This document shows positions 26,600 through 40,278 of a DNA stretch of 64,000 nucleotides, in pieces; positions within the stretch are counted from its first letter, which is position 1; each line of letters starts with the position of its first letter. The DNA is from Hormiphora californensis. Lineage: Eukaryota > Animalia > Ctenophora. The position numbers and the translations under genes were made by a program. Under the pieces are notes generated by a model that worked only from the letters and a program-made list of their open reading frames with translations, was not told the DNA's origin and did no database searches. The stretch is taken from positions 5,270,001 through 5,334,000 of the forward strand of contig CM035359.1 in assembly GCA_020137815.1 (NCBI GenBank), read 5' to 3'.

Positions 26600-28247
26600 C
26601 TAGAAGACGCTACAGCGTGATCGACATTTTGTGTTCATGTCGCAATTGCTCGCAGAATTATAACACTTCTTGTAACCATACATATCAGATCCCTCCGTAT
26701 AACACCACGCTGCACCCCAATCGCTGAAATGTTATTTTAGATTAAAGAAACTTGACATTAACAATTCAGTTGGGGGGGGGGGGGACAGGTAAATCACCTC
26801 TTTTTTTCGATTTTGTTAATTAACGTTAATTAACAAAATTAACAAAATTAACAAATGCTGAAATATTGATGTTATCGGCTGATAATACGACTTCAACTGG
26901 TTTAATTTTATAGTTTAATGACTTATCTAACATTTTTATACCCATGCAAGGCCTCCTCCGATAACCAAAGTCCGATATGTAAGTTTTTTTGGCTCAAAAT
27001 CGATGAAAACTCAAAAATATTTCAATTTCGCGTGTAAAATGTCACTTTTATTTAATTTTTTTCATTGATAATCGATTCTTCAGACGAAAGAAAGTGATGT
27101 ACAACGTTTCTGTTTAGAAAAGATGAAAAAAAAAATCCAAAATCACTTTTTTGGTCATAGATTAAAAATTTCCTTCACTACAAATCCTTGTATTTTTTTA
27201 GAAAAAATTATTTTGGGATATTTTTCAATTGAAGGTAAATTAATGAGTCTTATTAAGTTTTTTAAGGTTGGAAAGTATGGATTGAGGTCGTTTGACCTCA
27301 ATGGCGGTTTAATTTGGCTATTTTTTATTAGAATTTGCAAAATGGAACAAATCGCTGTGGGAAGGCTGTAGTAGACGCCTTAGAGGTATGTAAATCATGT
27401 AAAAGGAACAAATTTGCTCGCAGAACAACATGCAGCAAGTGCTCAATACCAAAAACATGTGCTAAAGGGACTTTAGATGGCATAAATGGCATTTGTTAAT
27501 GTTTGTTAACTTTTGTTAATTAATCACCTGTTTTTTCGATGTTAATATTAACAAAGTTAACAAAATTAACATGTCCCCCCCCATTCAGTTTCATAACACC
27601 AGGCATCTTCAAAAGGGCTAACAAGAATATTAATTCCACTATGTATCCATAGTGCCGTGTTTCCCATACCAAATTCAAAGGTACATGGGAACTGACCAGT
27701 TTGATTAGCTAATGAGTAATGAGACACACTGACACCTGAGACAGCTTTACACCAACAGATATACTGTAATTAACAGCTCGCTGTGTTATCTCACAAGCAC
27801 CTTTACATACATACTGCTCTTATAAACTGGGAAGTGAAGGGTGTTTTTCCACTTGAGACAGGGTAGGGGTATTTAGTTGTATTGATGTATGATACAGTTA
27901 GGGTGACCCCAACCCCCGAATAGCCACCACCCAGGGGGCGAGCAGTTTATACATACGTGCCCTTGCAGTACTTCCAACAGAAGTAGATTCCGTCCTGAGA
28001 TCTCCAATGACACCCGTAGTCAGCTGAAATTAGAGTAGTTTAGTACCGGATATATCAAATTCTATTGATAGGTTGAACACAAAGGATTAAAAAAGAAAAC
28101 TTGAAATACGGTGGTTAATAAGGTAGATAAAAATGATAATTCCTTCAACACAGTGAAAGCTGTCACATCATAATTCCTTTAGTTCTTACCGGCTAGGGCA
28201 GGTTGGGCGAAGTATAGAACGGCTATCACACACAGAAGTAGTTTCAT
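26600..28247 (-). CDS. Small secreted 8-cysteine protein, Tha p 2 allergen-like (3 exons, ~82 aa)
   Basis: Exons 28247-28190, 28023-27957 and 26723-26600 with GT-AG introns in compatible phases give MKLLLCVIAVLYFAQPALAADYGCHWRSQDGIYFCWKYCKGTDWGAAWCYTEGSDMYGYKKCYNSASNCDMNTKCRSRCSVF*; signal peptide plus CWxxC/WCYT motif. Confidence 0.8.
26772..27582. mobile_element. Poly-G-ended TIR element with 8-bp TSD, intronic
   Basis: ATTCAGTT|GGGGGG..GACA...TGTCCCCCCCC|ATTCAGTT; TTAACAAA subterminal repeats. Confidence 0.82.
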
Positions 28248-28932
28248 GATTGAACGAATTGAGAGCTAACTTATCTAAAGCGTATATACCTATAATGGAG
28301 TATATATACTCAGAATATATTCTAGTAATTGTCATTAGTATTCCTCATTTGATAACGGGTATTTAGTTTAATATATCAGCTATGTGCTTAGTTCATTTAA
28401 TGGTGGGTGCACATTGTGGCGGCATTGCACAATGACAATTAGTACGGGGATTAATAACTGTGTCACGGGGAAGCTTGAAAAACGTGCCATCGCGTGGCTT
28501 GATCATGATCAAGCCTCGTGATTGGTGGTGCCATCCCCTCTTATGTTCATGTTATAAGCAGACTTCATTTTCCACGCTTCGCACCGCTGGTACTAGTGGA
28601 GGGGTGACTGCATCACCAAGCCTCGTGATGGCTCGTTTTTTGATCGATCATTAATTCACGACAAAATTATTAGGGTAGACACTGGCTATTTGACAACACT
28701 GTTTATTGAAAACTGCGAAAAAAACATGGTTTTTATACCCCTCTTTCATAGGCTTGTAGTGATACTTTTCCCACCTATCCGTCAATAGCAAATAATACGG
28801 CTTTTAGGGGGTGTGAACCAGCAAAAAACCAACAGCTGTTCGGGCTGCGAAATTATACTCCGACCCCCCTACATAATTGAAAGAATTGGTTTATGGTATA
28901 CATGATATGACCGTAGATTTATGTCAGAAATT

Positions 28933-29532
<600 letters not shown>

Positions 29533-29684
29533 GTTTTTTATAATTTGAAGATACACTTATTTGAAGTATGTAAGTGGTGGTGGATGCACAATGACAATAA
29601 ATGCGGGGATCAATAATTGTGCCACGGAGTAGGCATGAAAAACGTGCCTACATCGCGAGGCTTGATCAAGTTTTACTGTAGCAC

Positions 29685-29870
29685 ATACCACCAAGCTATG
29701 ATTGGTAGGGGCTCTCTTGAGAGACCCGAAAGCAACACGAGGGCGTATGTTGTGGGGTAGCGCCTGGCTACGCTGCAGAGAAATCTGTACCGGAAGGACC
29801 GTGGCTGAACGTTATTGAAAGGGATATCAGCACCCCTGGCACTGGATTTATCCTAGCCGGCCTGCTTTGC
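29685..29870 (+). mobile_element. 5'-truncated copy of the tRNA-derived SINE
   Basis: Shares CCAAGCTATGATTGGTAG...CAGAGAAATCTGTACC...GACCGT.GCTGAACG...ATCAGCACC with 41798-42067. Confidence 0.7.
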
Positions 29871-30481
29871 TACATACCAACACTTTTATCTACCACATGC
29901 ACCCGCCTAACCATAGACCAACCTACCACTCGCCATGCCACTATACCCCCCTACCGCTCTACCGCTCTATCACCCTACCACCCTACCACCTCTAGACCAA
30001 AACCTAATTCCACTGGCTACCTAAGTTACAACATAATCTAATCTAACTATGTTTATCTAAACCACTATCTATGTTCTAGGTTTACTTATATGGCCTAGGA
30101 CTTTGTGTGGGAAAAAGAGGAGCCACTTTGATCTTGAGGCTGACCGTGGAACAGGAATAAAGTGTGAGTAAATTTTAGTAGACCATGAAGAAAAGTAGGT
30201 ATGTAGGTATCATGTAGATACAGTCGGACCCCGATTTAGGGGCCCCCGATTTAGTGGCACCCCGATTTAGGGACATGATTTTCCCCCGGGGGTGTCCCTA
30301 AATCGGGGTCCGACTGTTATAGTAGTAAAAACCTCAGTTTATCTTGCCTTGCTATGTCCTCACTCACCTAAGTCTCTCTCTCTCTCTGTCTCTCAGTCTC
30401 TCTCTCTGTCTCCCTCTCTCTATCTTTTCTGGTTCTTTGATCAATGATCAAATAAAATTAAAAAACGCAAAACCCAAGTTA

Positions 30482-31270
30482 GTAGAGTCGATAACTACAT
30501 CGACCTCTCCCAATTGTTCCAGTTTTTGTCACAACAGTTTGGAGCCTCGACACGACCTCTAAACAGGTGTTACTTTTTCACAAACTGTTTTCATCTTGGT
30601 GTAATCAGCAGTTGAAATGTTGCTGATCATAACAAAAACCTAACTATTTTTTTTCAACTTGGGGTAAAACCATGGGTGTCAAAAGTTAGCTCTAGGTCCC
30701 CTGAGTAACCATCCGGAGACTCCAAGAGATATTTCAAGCCGTTCTCCTGCAATCATTAATCCCGGTAGAGCACATATTTGAGTATGGACGTACGTGCAAT
30801 TGCCTACAACCTCAACTTTAATGTGTAACGTTAATGTGCGTCTCTCTCTTTTCTCCCCCTTGAGAAAGAGTTATCTCGCGCGGCGCAACCGCACGTGCGG
30901 TTTTTCCAGAGAGAGTGAGAGACATACAATAACATGTAAACAGCCTGCCAGCGCTCACGTACGTCCGCATTGTATTTTTTTCTCCACCGGGATTAATGAT
31001 TACGGGAGAACGGCTTGAAATATCTCTTAGAGTCTCCGGATGTTTACTCAGGGGACCTAGAGCTAACTTTTGACACCCATGGTTTTACCCCAAGTTGAAA
31101 AAAAATAGTTAGGTTTTTGTTATGATCAACAACATTTCAACTGCTGATTACACCAAGATGAAAACAGTTTGTGAAAAAGTAACACCTGTTTAGAGGTCGT
31201 GTCGAGGCTCCAAACAGATGTGACAAAAACTGGAACAATTGGGAGAGGTCGATGTAGTTATCGACTCTAC
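30482..31270. mobile_element. Foldback/MITE with ~290-bp arms, TA flanks
   Basis: TA|GTAGAGTCGATAACTAC...GTAGTTATCGACTCTAC|TA; lies ~245 bp upstream of the THAP gene start. Confidence 0.88.
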
Positions 31271-31514
31271 TAAGTGAAGGCTATTTAATAATTGTTACTG
31301 GTTGGTAAGGCGCGGTGACATGATGATGAAGCCACGCGCGCAAATGTGAGTGTGTGTTCGGGGGGGGGGGGGGGGTGTCTCTTATCTTTCAATTTCAACT
31401 GTTGTTCAAGCAACTTTGCCTATACACATATTTTGTAATAATTTATCATCATCCACTTTAGGTATGAGATAGCAAGAAATAACTCAGGAGAGATAGATTT
31501 ATTATTTTACCAAG

Positions 31515-32465
31515 ATGGGCCGACCTAAAAACATTGAAATTATAGGTAAGTTGTCAGTTGTCGAAGGTTGTTAGTTGTAGTGCAGTACTGTGAAACAATA
31601 GCTACCCAATTCCAAGTTCTAGTTTAGCTCTGTAAATCTTCAAACTTCAGTTCCCCGTCCTACTCCCCCAAAACCATCCCTTGAAGCACTGTGTTCCATC
31701 CCAGGTGTATCATCACAAGGACCGGAAACCACTTCAAAACAAGACAGCCCCTCTACAATAACAGGGGAGACAACTCCCCCACAAGCCGATAACCCGGTGG
31801 TAACACCATCATCATCATCACGAACTCCGTCATCACGTACTAAGTCGTCACGTACCACGTCATCACGTACGTTGCGAATGAGAACGAGAGGTCAGGGGAA
31901 AACCGAATCTAAAGAGGTTGTACAGGAGCGGCTTGTTCAACGACTCGTCCAAGGTAAACAGTCAAACCTCTTGTATAGAGCAGCAGCAGCAGCAGCTTGT
32001 ATAGAAACAAGGTTGTTTGGTACAACAAATTAATATTTCGGTCGCAAAACGATCTCGTCAGTATTTCAATACATGGAACTGAAAGTCTCGACCCATCCAC
32101 CCCTTCCCTGATACAGAAACGTGTAGAGTTGAGGAGACTGGAGAGGAGTTGTCATGTTCAGTTCGCGGGTGCAACGCATCAAACACACTCGGTCAGGTAC
32201 ATTCTAAAATTCTGTTCCCGAGGGGGTGGACAATCAACAAACATTCGGTTTAGCTTTTCCGGACGAATAATCACGTGATACAGCTAGACCAAAATTGTCT
32301 AGTTTCCTAGTTACTCTGAGTGAAGGCATGGACACAAGCCCCTTCTCAGAATTTCATAGTAACTAATTTGTACCCACCGTCAGAATAACGAAACGGGGAT
32401 AAGTTGTCACACAGGTCGGAATTTCCTTCACTTCTATAAGCTACCACCTAAAAACGAAGATGTAA

Positions 32466-32521
<56 letters not shown>

Positions 32522-33223
32522 GCTATCTCTCTCTCTCTCTCTCTCTCGCGCTATCTCTCTCTATCTTTCTCTCTTTTTCTCTCTCACTATCTCTCTCTAT
32601 CTCTCTCTCTCGCTATCTCTCTCTCTCTAGTTAAAGTAACAATCTCTCCTTCAGAATTACAACCAATGGGTGGAGAGATCCCTTATCCCGAACCTATCAG
32701 AGACCTCCCTGGTTTGCAGTGATCACTTTCATGATGTAGACTTTGTTATGATGCACATAAAGAAAGGGGATTCTGGCAGGTATTACTTATTGACCACTGC
32801 AAATTACTCAAATCCGTTCTTGGTTGGGGGATGGCAACCTTTGCCAGTGCACTATGTATAATCTACGGACGCTTTGTCGCCTGTTTACTTCATCTAGTCT
32901 GTATCCAAACCTTCTTCAATACCTTACAAAGCGAAGAAGGAGAAAACTAAACAAGTCTCTCTCACACAACACCTCCTTCTTCCCCAGTCTCGAGTCGGGG
33001 CTCTCCACCTTCCTTGCTGCTTCACTTTACATACGTGCCTATATTATTTAATATTCCGGTCAATTATCATCCCGCTAGGTTGATGCTGAAGGTATCGGCA
33101 GTACCGAACACCGACCCTGACTCGGGGACTTTCTGGCCGTATGGTAGAATTGATCTGGCTGAGCTTGAGCTACCGGACTACGTTGTCATGGAGGCAGGAA
33201 GATGTGATGCAACTGTGGCTGAG
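31515..33223 (+). CDS. THAP-domain zinc-finger protein (spliced; 3' end unresolved)
   Basis: Exons 31515-31545, 31651-31953, 32117-32196, 32384-32461, 32655-32779 and 33079-33223 are phase-compatible; they give SCSVRGCN...FYKLP...NQWV...VCSDHF...RLMLKVSAVP, the C2CH + AVP THAP signature. Confidence 0.85.
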
Positions 33224-33650
33224 GTACGTGGGGAGATGGGACAGGAGGGGTGAGGTACGTGAGGGAGATGGGACAGGAGGGGTGAGGTACGTGAGGGAGA
33301 TGGGACAGGAGGGGTGAGGTACGTGAGGGAGATGGGACAGGAGGGGTGAGGTACGTGAGGGAGATGGGACAGGAGGGGTGAGGTACGTGAGGGAGATGGG
33401 ACAGGAGGGGTGAGGTACGTGAGGGAGATGGGACAGGAGGGGTGAGGTACGTGAGGGAGATGGGACAGGAGGGGTGAGGTACGCGAGGGAGATGGGACAG
33501 GAGGGGTGAGGTACGTGAGGGAGATGGGACAGGAGGGGTGAGGTACGTGAGGGAGATGGGACAGGAGGGGTGAGGTACGTGAGGGAGATGGGACAGGAGG
33601 GGTGAGGTACGTGAGGGCGATGGGACAGGAGGGGTGAGGTACGTGAGGGA
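33220..33650 (+). repeat. 32-bp minisatellite starting at a splice donor
   Basis: About 13 copies of TGAGGTACGTGAGGGAGATGGGACAGGAGGGG. Confidence 0.95.
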
Positions 33651-34716
33651 GGGTTTTAGAACGCCTCACTACACGACAAAAAAATCCAAAAAAAAATGCC
33701 CAAAATTCCTGTAAAATCGAAAAAACAAGATAAAAGAAAAGTTTCAGGCATCCTGACAACCTTTAAAGGTGCTCAAAATCGATCATATTTGGCTCATTTT
33801 AAGCCAAATAACGGCCAAATGGCCGGAGACAGGGCCGAAGCCGACCCCCACCACAACCCACGCGGCCACTGCCTCCAAAAAGCACCCCTGAAAATCCCCC
33901 GAAACCCACCACGAGCAAAGACACAGAATATCCATTCCTCGGGCATGGCCAAGCATCCCATCAACACGACGAGACAGGAACTCAACTCCGACACCCACCC
34001 CCACCCCACCGAAGACGCCGACCACCCTAGTGCCCTCGGCTCCCCCAATCTCCTCCCAAGATTGCCTCCACCGTATAACCTTTAAACGCATCTTATTATC
34101 CAATTATCTAATTAACCTGATAAGATAGAGACTTAATTCCAGCACATACCAATGCGAGGACGCCGCGCTACACACCTTAAGGCTTAATGCCCCCTATTTC
34201 CTCCCCAGTCCCCACTCGCTTCTCGAGATGGCCCTGACCGCACACCGCCCTTGTCCTAGGCAGGTGAAAAACAAACACGGAAATGACCGACCCCTTCATG
34301 ACGGAACCCGCGGTAAATCCCCTTGGTGGTTCCAGGGACCATTGGAGCGCCTGGAAACCTCTCCCAAATCATTTAGTTCCTTTTTACAACATGACTGACC
34401 TAAGAATAAAAATGCGGTGTCTTAATTTAAGGAACACACAAACAGAAAAAAAAGAAAAAAACAGCTCAGAGATAAATGGTTCTAAAAGCTAATAGCCCAA
34501 CAGAGTTATGTTGTGCGTAGCCGGTCCTTAGAGCTCTAAAGAGTTAGATACGCATAACAGACTCAGAGTCTCTTTAATGTGCTACTTGCTGCACAAAGCA
34601 GTGCAATGCCACACAATGGTCAAAACGCGTCCGTCAAAACGTGTCCACTTCACAGTATGTAGCTGCAAAATTTAGCAAAGTCTCATTGCCGTACGGTTCC
34701 CGTCGTTATCGTTGAT

Positions 34717-37700
34717 TCAGGAGGGGTCCTGAGTAGGGGGTGCAGTAGGGGCTGGAGGTGGGCGAGGTAGATCATACATTTCAATTTCAACAACTGGCAC
34801 CACCCGTTTCATCTTGGCCCGGATGTAATCGTAGCCAGCCTTCCAGAAATAGCCTCTAGCTCTCATACTTCGGGCCATGCTGTAAACTTTGTCGCTGTAC
34901 AACATAGGATTTATCACCGAGTTGATGGGTAGGAGGATGACAGAAAATATGTCGTAGTACGATGTTGCATCAATCACCTCTGCCATGTGGAAGCAAGATG
35001 TGACCATCATGGGTAGCCAGCACATCAAATCTGTCGCAATGATGAGTGTGACTTTTCTTTGGGTCTTCTGTTGTTGTTTGAGACGTTGCTTCATCGCTGG
35101 GTTGACATGGTTTTCTCCGGCAAGTGCCGCTGCCATCAACCTCTGAACGCTCTGCCGTGTGTAGTAACCGATGACAACGTAGCAGAAACAAATCATAGCC
35201 AGACAGGAGATGTTGAGCACTTTGAAGGCAAGGACATAAAAAAAATTGGGGGTCATCGGGGAGGACAAAGTATTTAAATAAACAAACCCCTTCATTACCA
35301 TAGAAACCAACTAGATTGTTCAGTCCCTCCAAGTTACCATAGTCTGTTGTGTACATGCCACGAACTAAAGAAGTTATCTTGTCCCACCGCATTACCTCAC
35401 TATCCCTTTTGATCTTCAAAAACCTGCCATAGTAACCTTCAAGAACCTGCAAGTGCTCTTCCTTCCCCTGGACACCCACAAAGAACTTTAGCTGCTTACT
35501 CCAAGTTTGGCCGTTCACAAAAAAATCCTCGAGACGGCTGTTAACCTTGGTCAGGATTACGGGCAGGCTAGAAACCGCGGCAGCAAACATGCCTAGAATG
35601 GGAGCCAGTTTGAAGGGGCTGCAGGGTAGGGTTTGAGTGCAAAGGCTTCTACTGATCCCCACGGCCCGACTGATACTAAGAAAGGTCATGGAGTAAACGG
35701 AAATGCAGCTTCCAAAAGTACTAAGGATACCCAGTGCGTCACACGGCCATCCGGATAGCCATGTGGTTTGGTTGAGACAGTACTTGTCGCCCTGGACAAA
35801 GTCGGAGATAGTGATGAGAAGAAGGTAGACCCCTGTCATGGCATCACCGACACAAACCATAGACACCAGGACCTGGTTAGTGAGGGCTATCTGGTTCATC
35901 TTCCCAACTATGATGTCCTTCACATTGTGAAACAGTGTCCAGATGTTCAGGAATGTGGCTATACTGCCAAAAACTATGGCGATACCTTTAAGAAGGGGTG
36001 TCAGGATTGCCTTGGAGCAATCCTTGTTACACTCATCAGAGTAGTCAGAGCAGTGAATCACACCATCACACTTCTTGTCCAGAGAGAGGTACTGTGCGGA
36101 TGTGAGACACTTGAAATGGTTGATACACCGTCCCTCGTCACTCCCATCGCCACAATCGTCCACCAGGTTGCAGACTTTCTCGTACTCTAGACACCCGCCG
36201 TTATCACACTCGAACAGCTCCTGGACAAAGTGGTCCTCTTGTCGTAGGACGAAGGTGAGGGAGGTCTCCTTGAAGAGGGTGTAGACTCTATCCTTATACT
36301 GATCGGGGCAGGATGTTGTTTTGAGGGGTGTGCTTTGGAGGGGGCACCCCACCTCATTCTGACATCGACCAGTACACGCCAGATAGACATATTGCTCACC
36401 AAAGAAATATTTACAGCTGCTCACCAAATCCGGCAGATGGATCACGGGAAATTTGTCAACGCCGAAAATAGATCCAATTTCTACGGGGGTGAATTGAACT
36501 GTTCCGCAATCCTCAGTTATTCTTCTCTCAATTCCAAGCTGGCAAAACGCGACATACTTCACCCACTTTTCAGAAGCTCGTTTGATGGACTTTTGAAATA
36601 CCTTCGTAACATGCTTCTGGCAAACCCCATCCTCACTACCACACGTGTTTATCCCATCACATAATAACTTTTGGGGTATGATAGCGGTAGGACCGAACCG
36701 GCACACTAACACATCCTCACATACACTATTTCCAGTCACGAACCTCGTGGAGATTCCACTCCCACACTTCTCCCAGTTCCCCTCCACCTCATCTTCTCCA
36801 TCCATACAGTCCACTACACCGTCCATCAGCCATGCTATGGGTATCGATAAGGCCCCTTCCTCTGGTCTCAACTTTCTCCGGCATCCCGGCCCTTTAGCGG
36901 TGACGCTTTCACACTGCCTCTCATCAACTGAACGGGCACAGTCAGATTTTAGATCGCACAGCTGGTGTTTGTGGATTCGGCACTGTTCCGATGGCTGGAC
37001 GCACAACGTATCAAGACCATCATCACACAAGTTCTCCTGGAGTTCTCCGCACACCATTAACTTTGCAACGCTCGATCGGTACCCATTAATGGGACAGTAA
37101 AGGGCAACCCTGTCTGGGTCACTGCAGTTCGTTTGATCCATGAAGTTGGTACAAACGGGAAAGTAACTGTATCTCTCCCGTACATACTCCTCCGGGATGA
37201 TATACCCCATATCAATACTCCAGATGATAGTGCTACACCGGGTAAAGTTGAAAAGAGGCACCTCCTTGAATTGGAAATCCATTTTTGAGACAAGTGAACT
37301 TGGGCAGTAGATAGTAGATATCATCATGTCTATCTCGACACCGGTTAGAAACTGAGGTATTTGTTTTATGTGCATTGTCCAATCCTGCTAGGCAAAGCCA
37401 GGGGTAAGTATAGAAACACACATCCATGGGGGACATTTCTACGACACCACACTTCATCCCGTAGGTGTACCCGTTACAATGGTTCTCGTCGCGACAGTTG
37501 ATGGAATTGCAGACCCCATCACATATATTGCCCTTCTTCTGGCAATAATCTTGCAAGATGTCAGAATGTATGTTTTGACATGTGAAGCTATATGAACACA
37601 TATCACTGGCTAGCCGGGGATGAACGTACGTGGCCACTGTACAACCAAGTATGCCACATATCGGACCCCCTGATCCCACTCCTCCAACAGTCGAGAGATC

Positions 37701-37977
37701 AGTGTCCAGGTACCCACACATTTCATAGGACATCCGGTCTTTAGGGCAAGTTGAGTTCAGGAACCAATCTGCAGAACGGTAGGAAATGTCAGGCACTGGA
37801 GTAGTAGTAGTTGTTGGAGTTGTGACATTGGTACAGATTATACCCCTCCAAAACCCCGTCAACTCCTGCTGTGTCACATTTCTTCTTCAGGAATCCCCTA
37901 TCAGCATCGATCCGACAGTTCTCCGGTCTAAACAATGCACCACAAATCCCAAACAATAGACCAGTGATTAGCAGCAT
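34717..37977 (-). CDS. Intronless rhodopsin-class GPCR with LDL-receptor class A repeats (GRL101-related, no LRRs); three apparent frameshifts
   Basis: Signal peptide MLLITGLLFGICGA; Cys-rich ectodomain with LDLa motifs (CNLVDDCGDGSDE, CDGVIHCSDYSDE, DGVVDCMDGEDE); TM motifs GDAMTGVYL, TDLMCWLP, LPINSVINPMLY; spread over ORFs 37789-38046, 37233-37877, 34970-37375 and 34717-35310. Confidence 0.88.
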
Positions 37978-38155
37978 GCTTAGGTAGGAGACACACTGAA
38001 GTTGAGATCTCAACCGCGTGACACACACTGAAGTTCGAAGTTTCACGAAGAAAAAATTTTTGACTGAGAAATAATTCGCAGGAGGCTAATTTCTTTACTG
38101 GTACATTTTGGACGAAAAGAGAAGTGTTAGAATATTTGGGGAAGAATTATCCTAA

Positions 38156-38543
38156 GGAGATCGGTTAGAGTCTTGCGGCATATATTCCGAACCATGTATG
38201 CATAATTAAGGGGAGACCCGAAACAATAGCCAATAGGGGTATGTATAAACCCGGATAGTCCGGATAGCCCGGATAATAGGTATTTTCAGGATAGCCTAGA
38301 GGACAACCCGGAATATCTGGGCTCGATTATCTGATCTATTCGGGCTATACAAGTTATCTGGGCATGAGTACCGGAGTATTCCAGCTCGTATATGCTGGAA
38401 TAGCTTTCCTAAAACTACCTATTATCCGGACTATCCGGACTATCCGGGATATCCGGGTTTATACTAAACCTATTGTTAAAAAACTTGTTCTCAATGTCTG
38501 ACTACATGGCTCGGAATATGCCGCGAGACTCTAACCGATCTCC
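38156..38543. mobile_element. PIF/Harbinger-like (Tourist-type) MITE
   Basis: TAA|GGAGATCGGTTAGAGTC...GACTCTAACCGATCTCC|TAA; internal CCGGATA repeats. Confidence 0.8.
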
Positions 38544-38721
38544 TAAATGATCACTCCGCGGTGCAGGCAATACAGTGAAAGCTGTCACCTCAAGAATTAT
38601 CCTGTCGTAAAAAGATAAGACTAGAAAAATGAAAAGGTACTGCGTTGCGATTCGTGGTGTACCTCTTTATATCACAACGTCTCTTAAAGAGAATAGGGGG
38701 GGTTGGTCATGTTAATGTTAA

Positions 38722-39281
38722 AGGGCCTAAAAACCCAAATTTTATTTATTTATTTTGAACACTACATCGTAACAAGCATGCTATTGGAGTCCCAAAAAAC
38801 ATAGGTACACGCCCCACGGACCCAAGGTGAGCCCAGGGGGAGCCCCTCAAGTTGGGTCCCAGTTGGGGTCCCCTTGTAAACGTGCTTGTACTCCTTGAAA
38901 TGCTAACAATATGATCCTCTCTCAAATTTGAAGTTTTGGGCAAATTTATCCTTGTGTTACAGATGAGTACATAATCTTTCTTGTCTCTGTATTCTGGTAA
39001 TTTTTCTCCTAGTTTTGATGATAAAGATTATGAAATCTACTAAAACACAAGGATCATTTCTATCCTAAATTTTATATTTGAGAGAGGATCATATTGTTAG
39101 CATTTCAAGGAGTACAATTGCGTTTACAAGGGGACCCCAAATGGGACCCAACTTGAGGGGCTCCCCCTGGGCTCACCTGGGGTCCATGTGGCGTGTGCCT
39201 ATGCTTTTTGGGACTCCAATAGCATGCTTGTTACGATGGAGTGTTCAAAATAATTAATTAAAATTTGGGTTTTTAGGCCCT
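38722..39281. mobile_element. TTAA-targeting MITE with AG ends (Kolobok-like)
   Basis: TTAA|AGGGCCTAAAAACCC...GGGTTTTTAGGCCCT|TTAA; ~220-bp arms. Confidence 0.8.
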
Positions 39282-39309
39282 TTAATGTTTCATGAAAATT
39301 TTTAAAATG

Positions 39310-40278
39310 TTAACATTATTAACATTATTAACATTATTAACATTATTAAAGTGAGAGAGAACAGCCCCGATTTTGATGAAACTTGGTCAGAATAGTGTTT
39401 GGTGTCTAATTAGAAGTGAAAAAAATTTTTAGTGCTCAAATCCTAAAATTAGGATTTTTAGGTTTTTTAGGTTTTTCGGCTTTTATGGGTTTCAGGAACG
39501 TCCTAGAACAAAATGAATAGAACCATCTTTCTCGGCGTGAAATTCTGCATCGATTATAGTGGTTGTAAACCTTTCTATGACGTAAGGTTCAGAAGTTATC
39601 GCGAAAAACCCCAAACGGGTACATGTGTTAGGGGCGGGTTCATGTTTTAGGCTAACGGGCGAACCTCTTGTCAGAACACCATCTTATAGGGTGTCAATCG
39701 ACGCGTATTGATAAGGAGATCATTTTAGTGAAAACTATTTTGATCTGCGATGTCTGTGTAACGAATGAAACCTAAAAAACCTTACTGAATGAAGCATACC
39801 CGTTTGGCTAAAAGGTTTTTTAGGTTTCATTCGTTACACAGACATCGCAGATCAAAATGGTTTTCACTAAAATGATCTCCTTATCAATGCGCGTCGATTG
39901 ACACTCTATAAGATGGTGTTCTGACAAGAGGTTCGCCCGTTAGCCTAAAACATGAACCCGCCCCTAACACATGTACCCGTTTGGGGTTTTTCGCGATAAC
40001 TTCTGAACCTTACGTCATAGAAAGGTTTACAACCACTATAATCGATGCAGAATTTCACGCCGAGAAAGATGGTTCTATTCATTTTGTTCTAGGACGTTCC
40101 TGAAACCCATAAAAGCCGAAAAACCTAAAAAACCTAAAAATCCTAATTTTAGGATTTGAGCACTAAACATTTTGTTCACTTCTAATTAGATACCAAACAC
40201 TATTCTGACCAAGTTTCATCAAAATCGGGGCTGTTCTCTCTCACTTTAACATTATTAACATTATTAACATTATTAACA
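39310..40278. mobile_element. Near-perfect palindrome (~470-bp arms, ~27-bp loop), core of a foldback element
   Basis: Arms centred at ~39797, ending in (TTAACATTA)n; the right side stops at a reversed Helitron end. Confidence 0.85.

Noticed and set aside
33696-34492. Further exons of the THAP gene
   Set aside because: Plausible but no unambiguous phase-compatible splice path found by eye.
35059-37100. Plus-strand ORFs over the GPCR (likewise over the LINE, lectin and sulfotransferase)
   Set aside because: Antisense shadows of real coding sequence.
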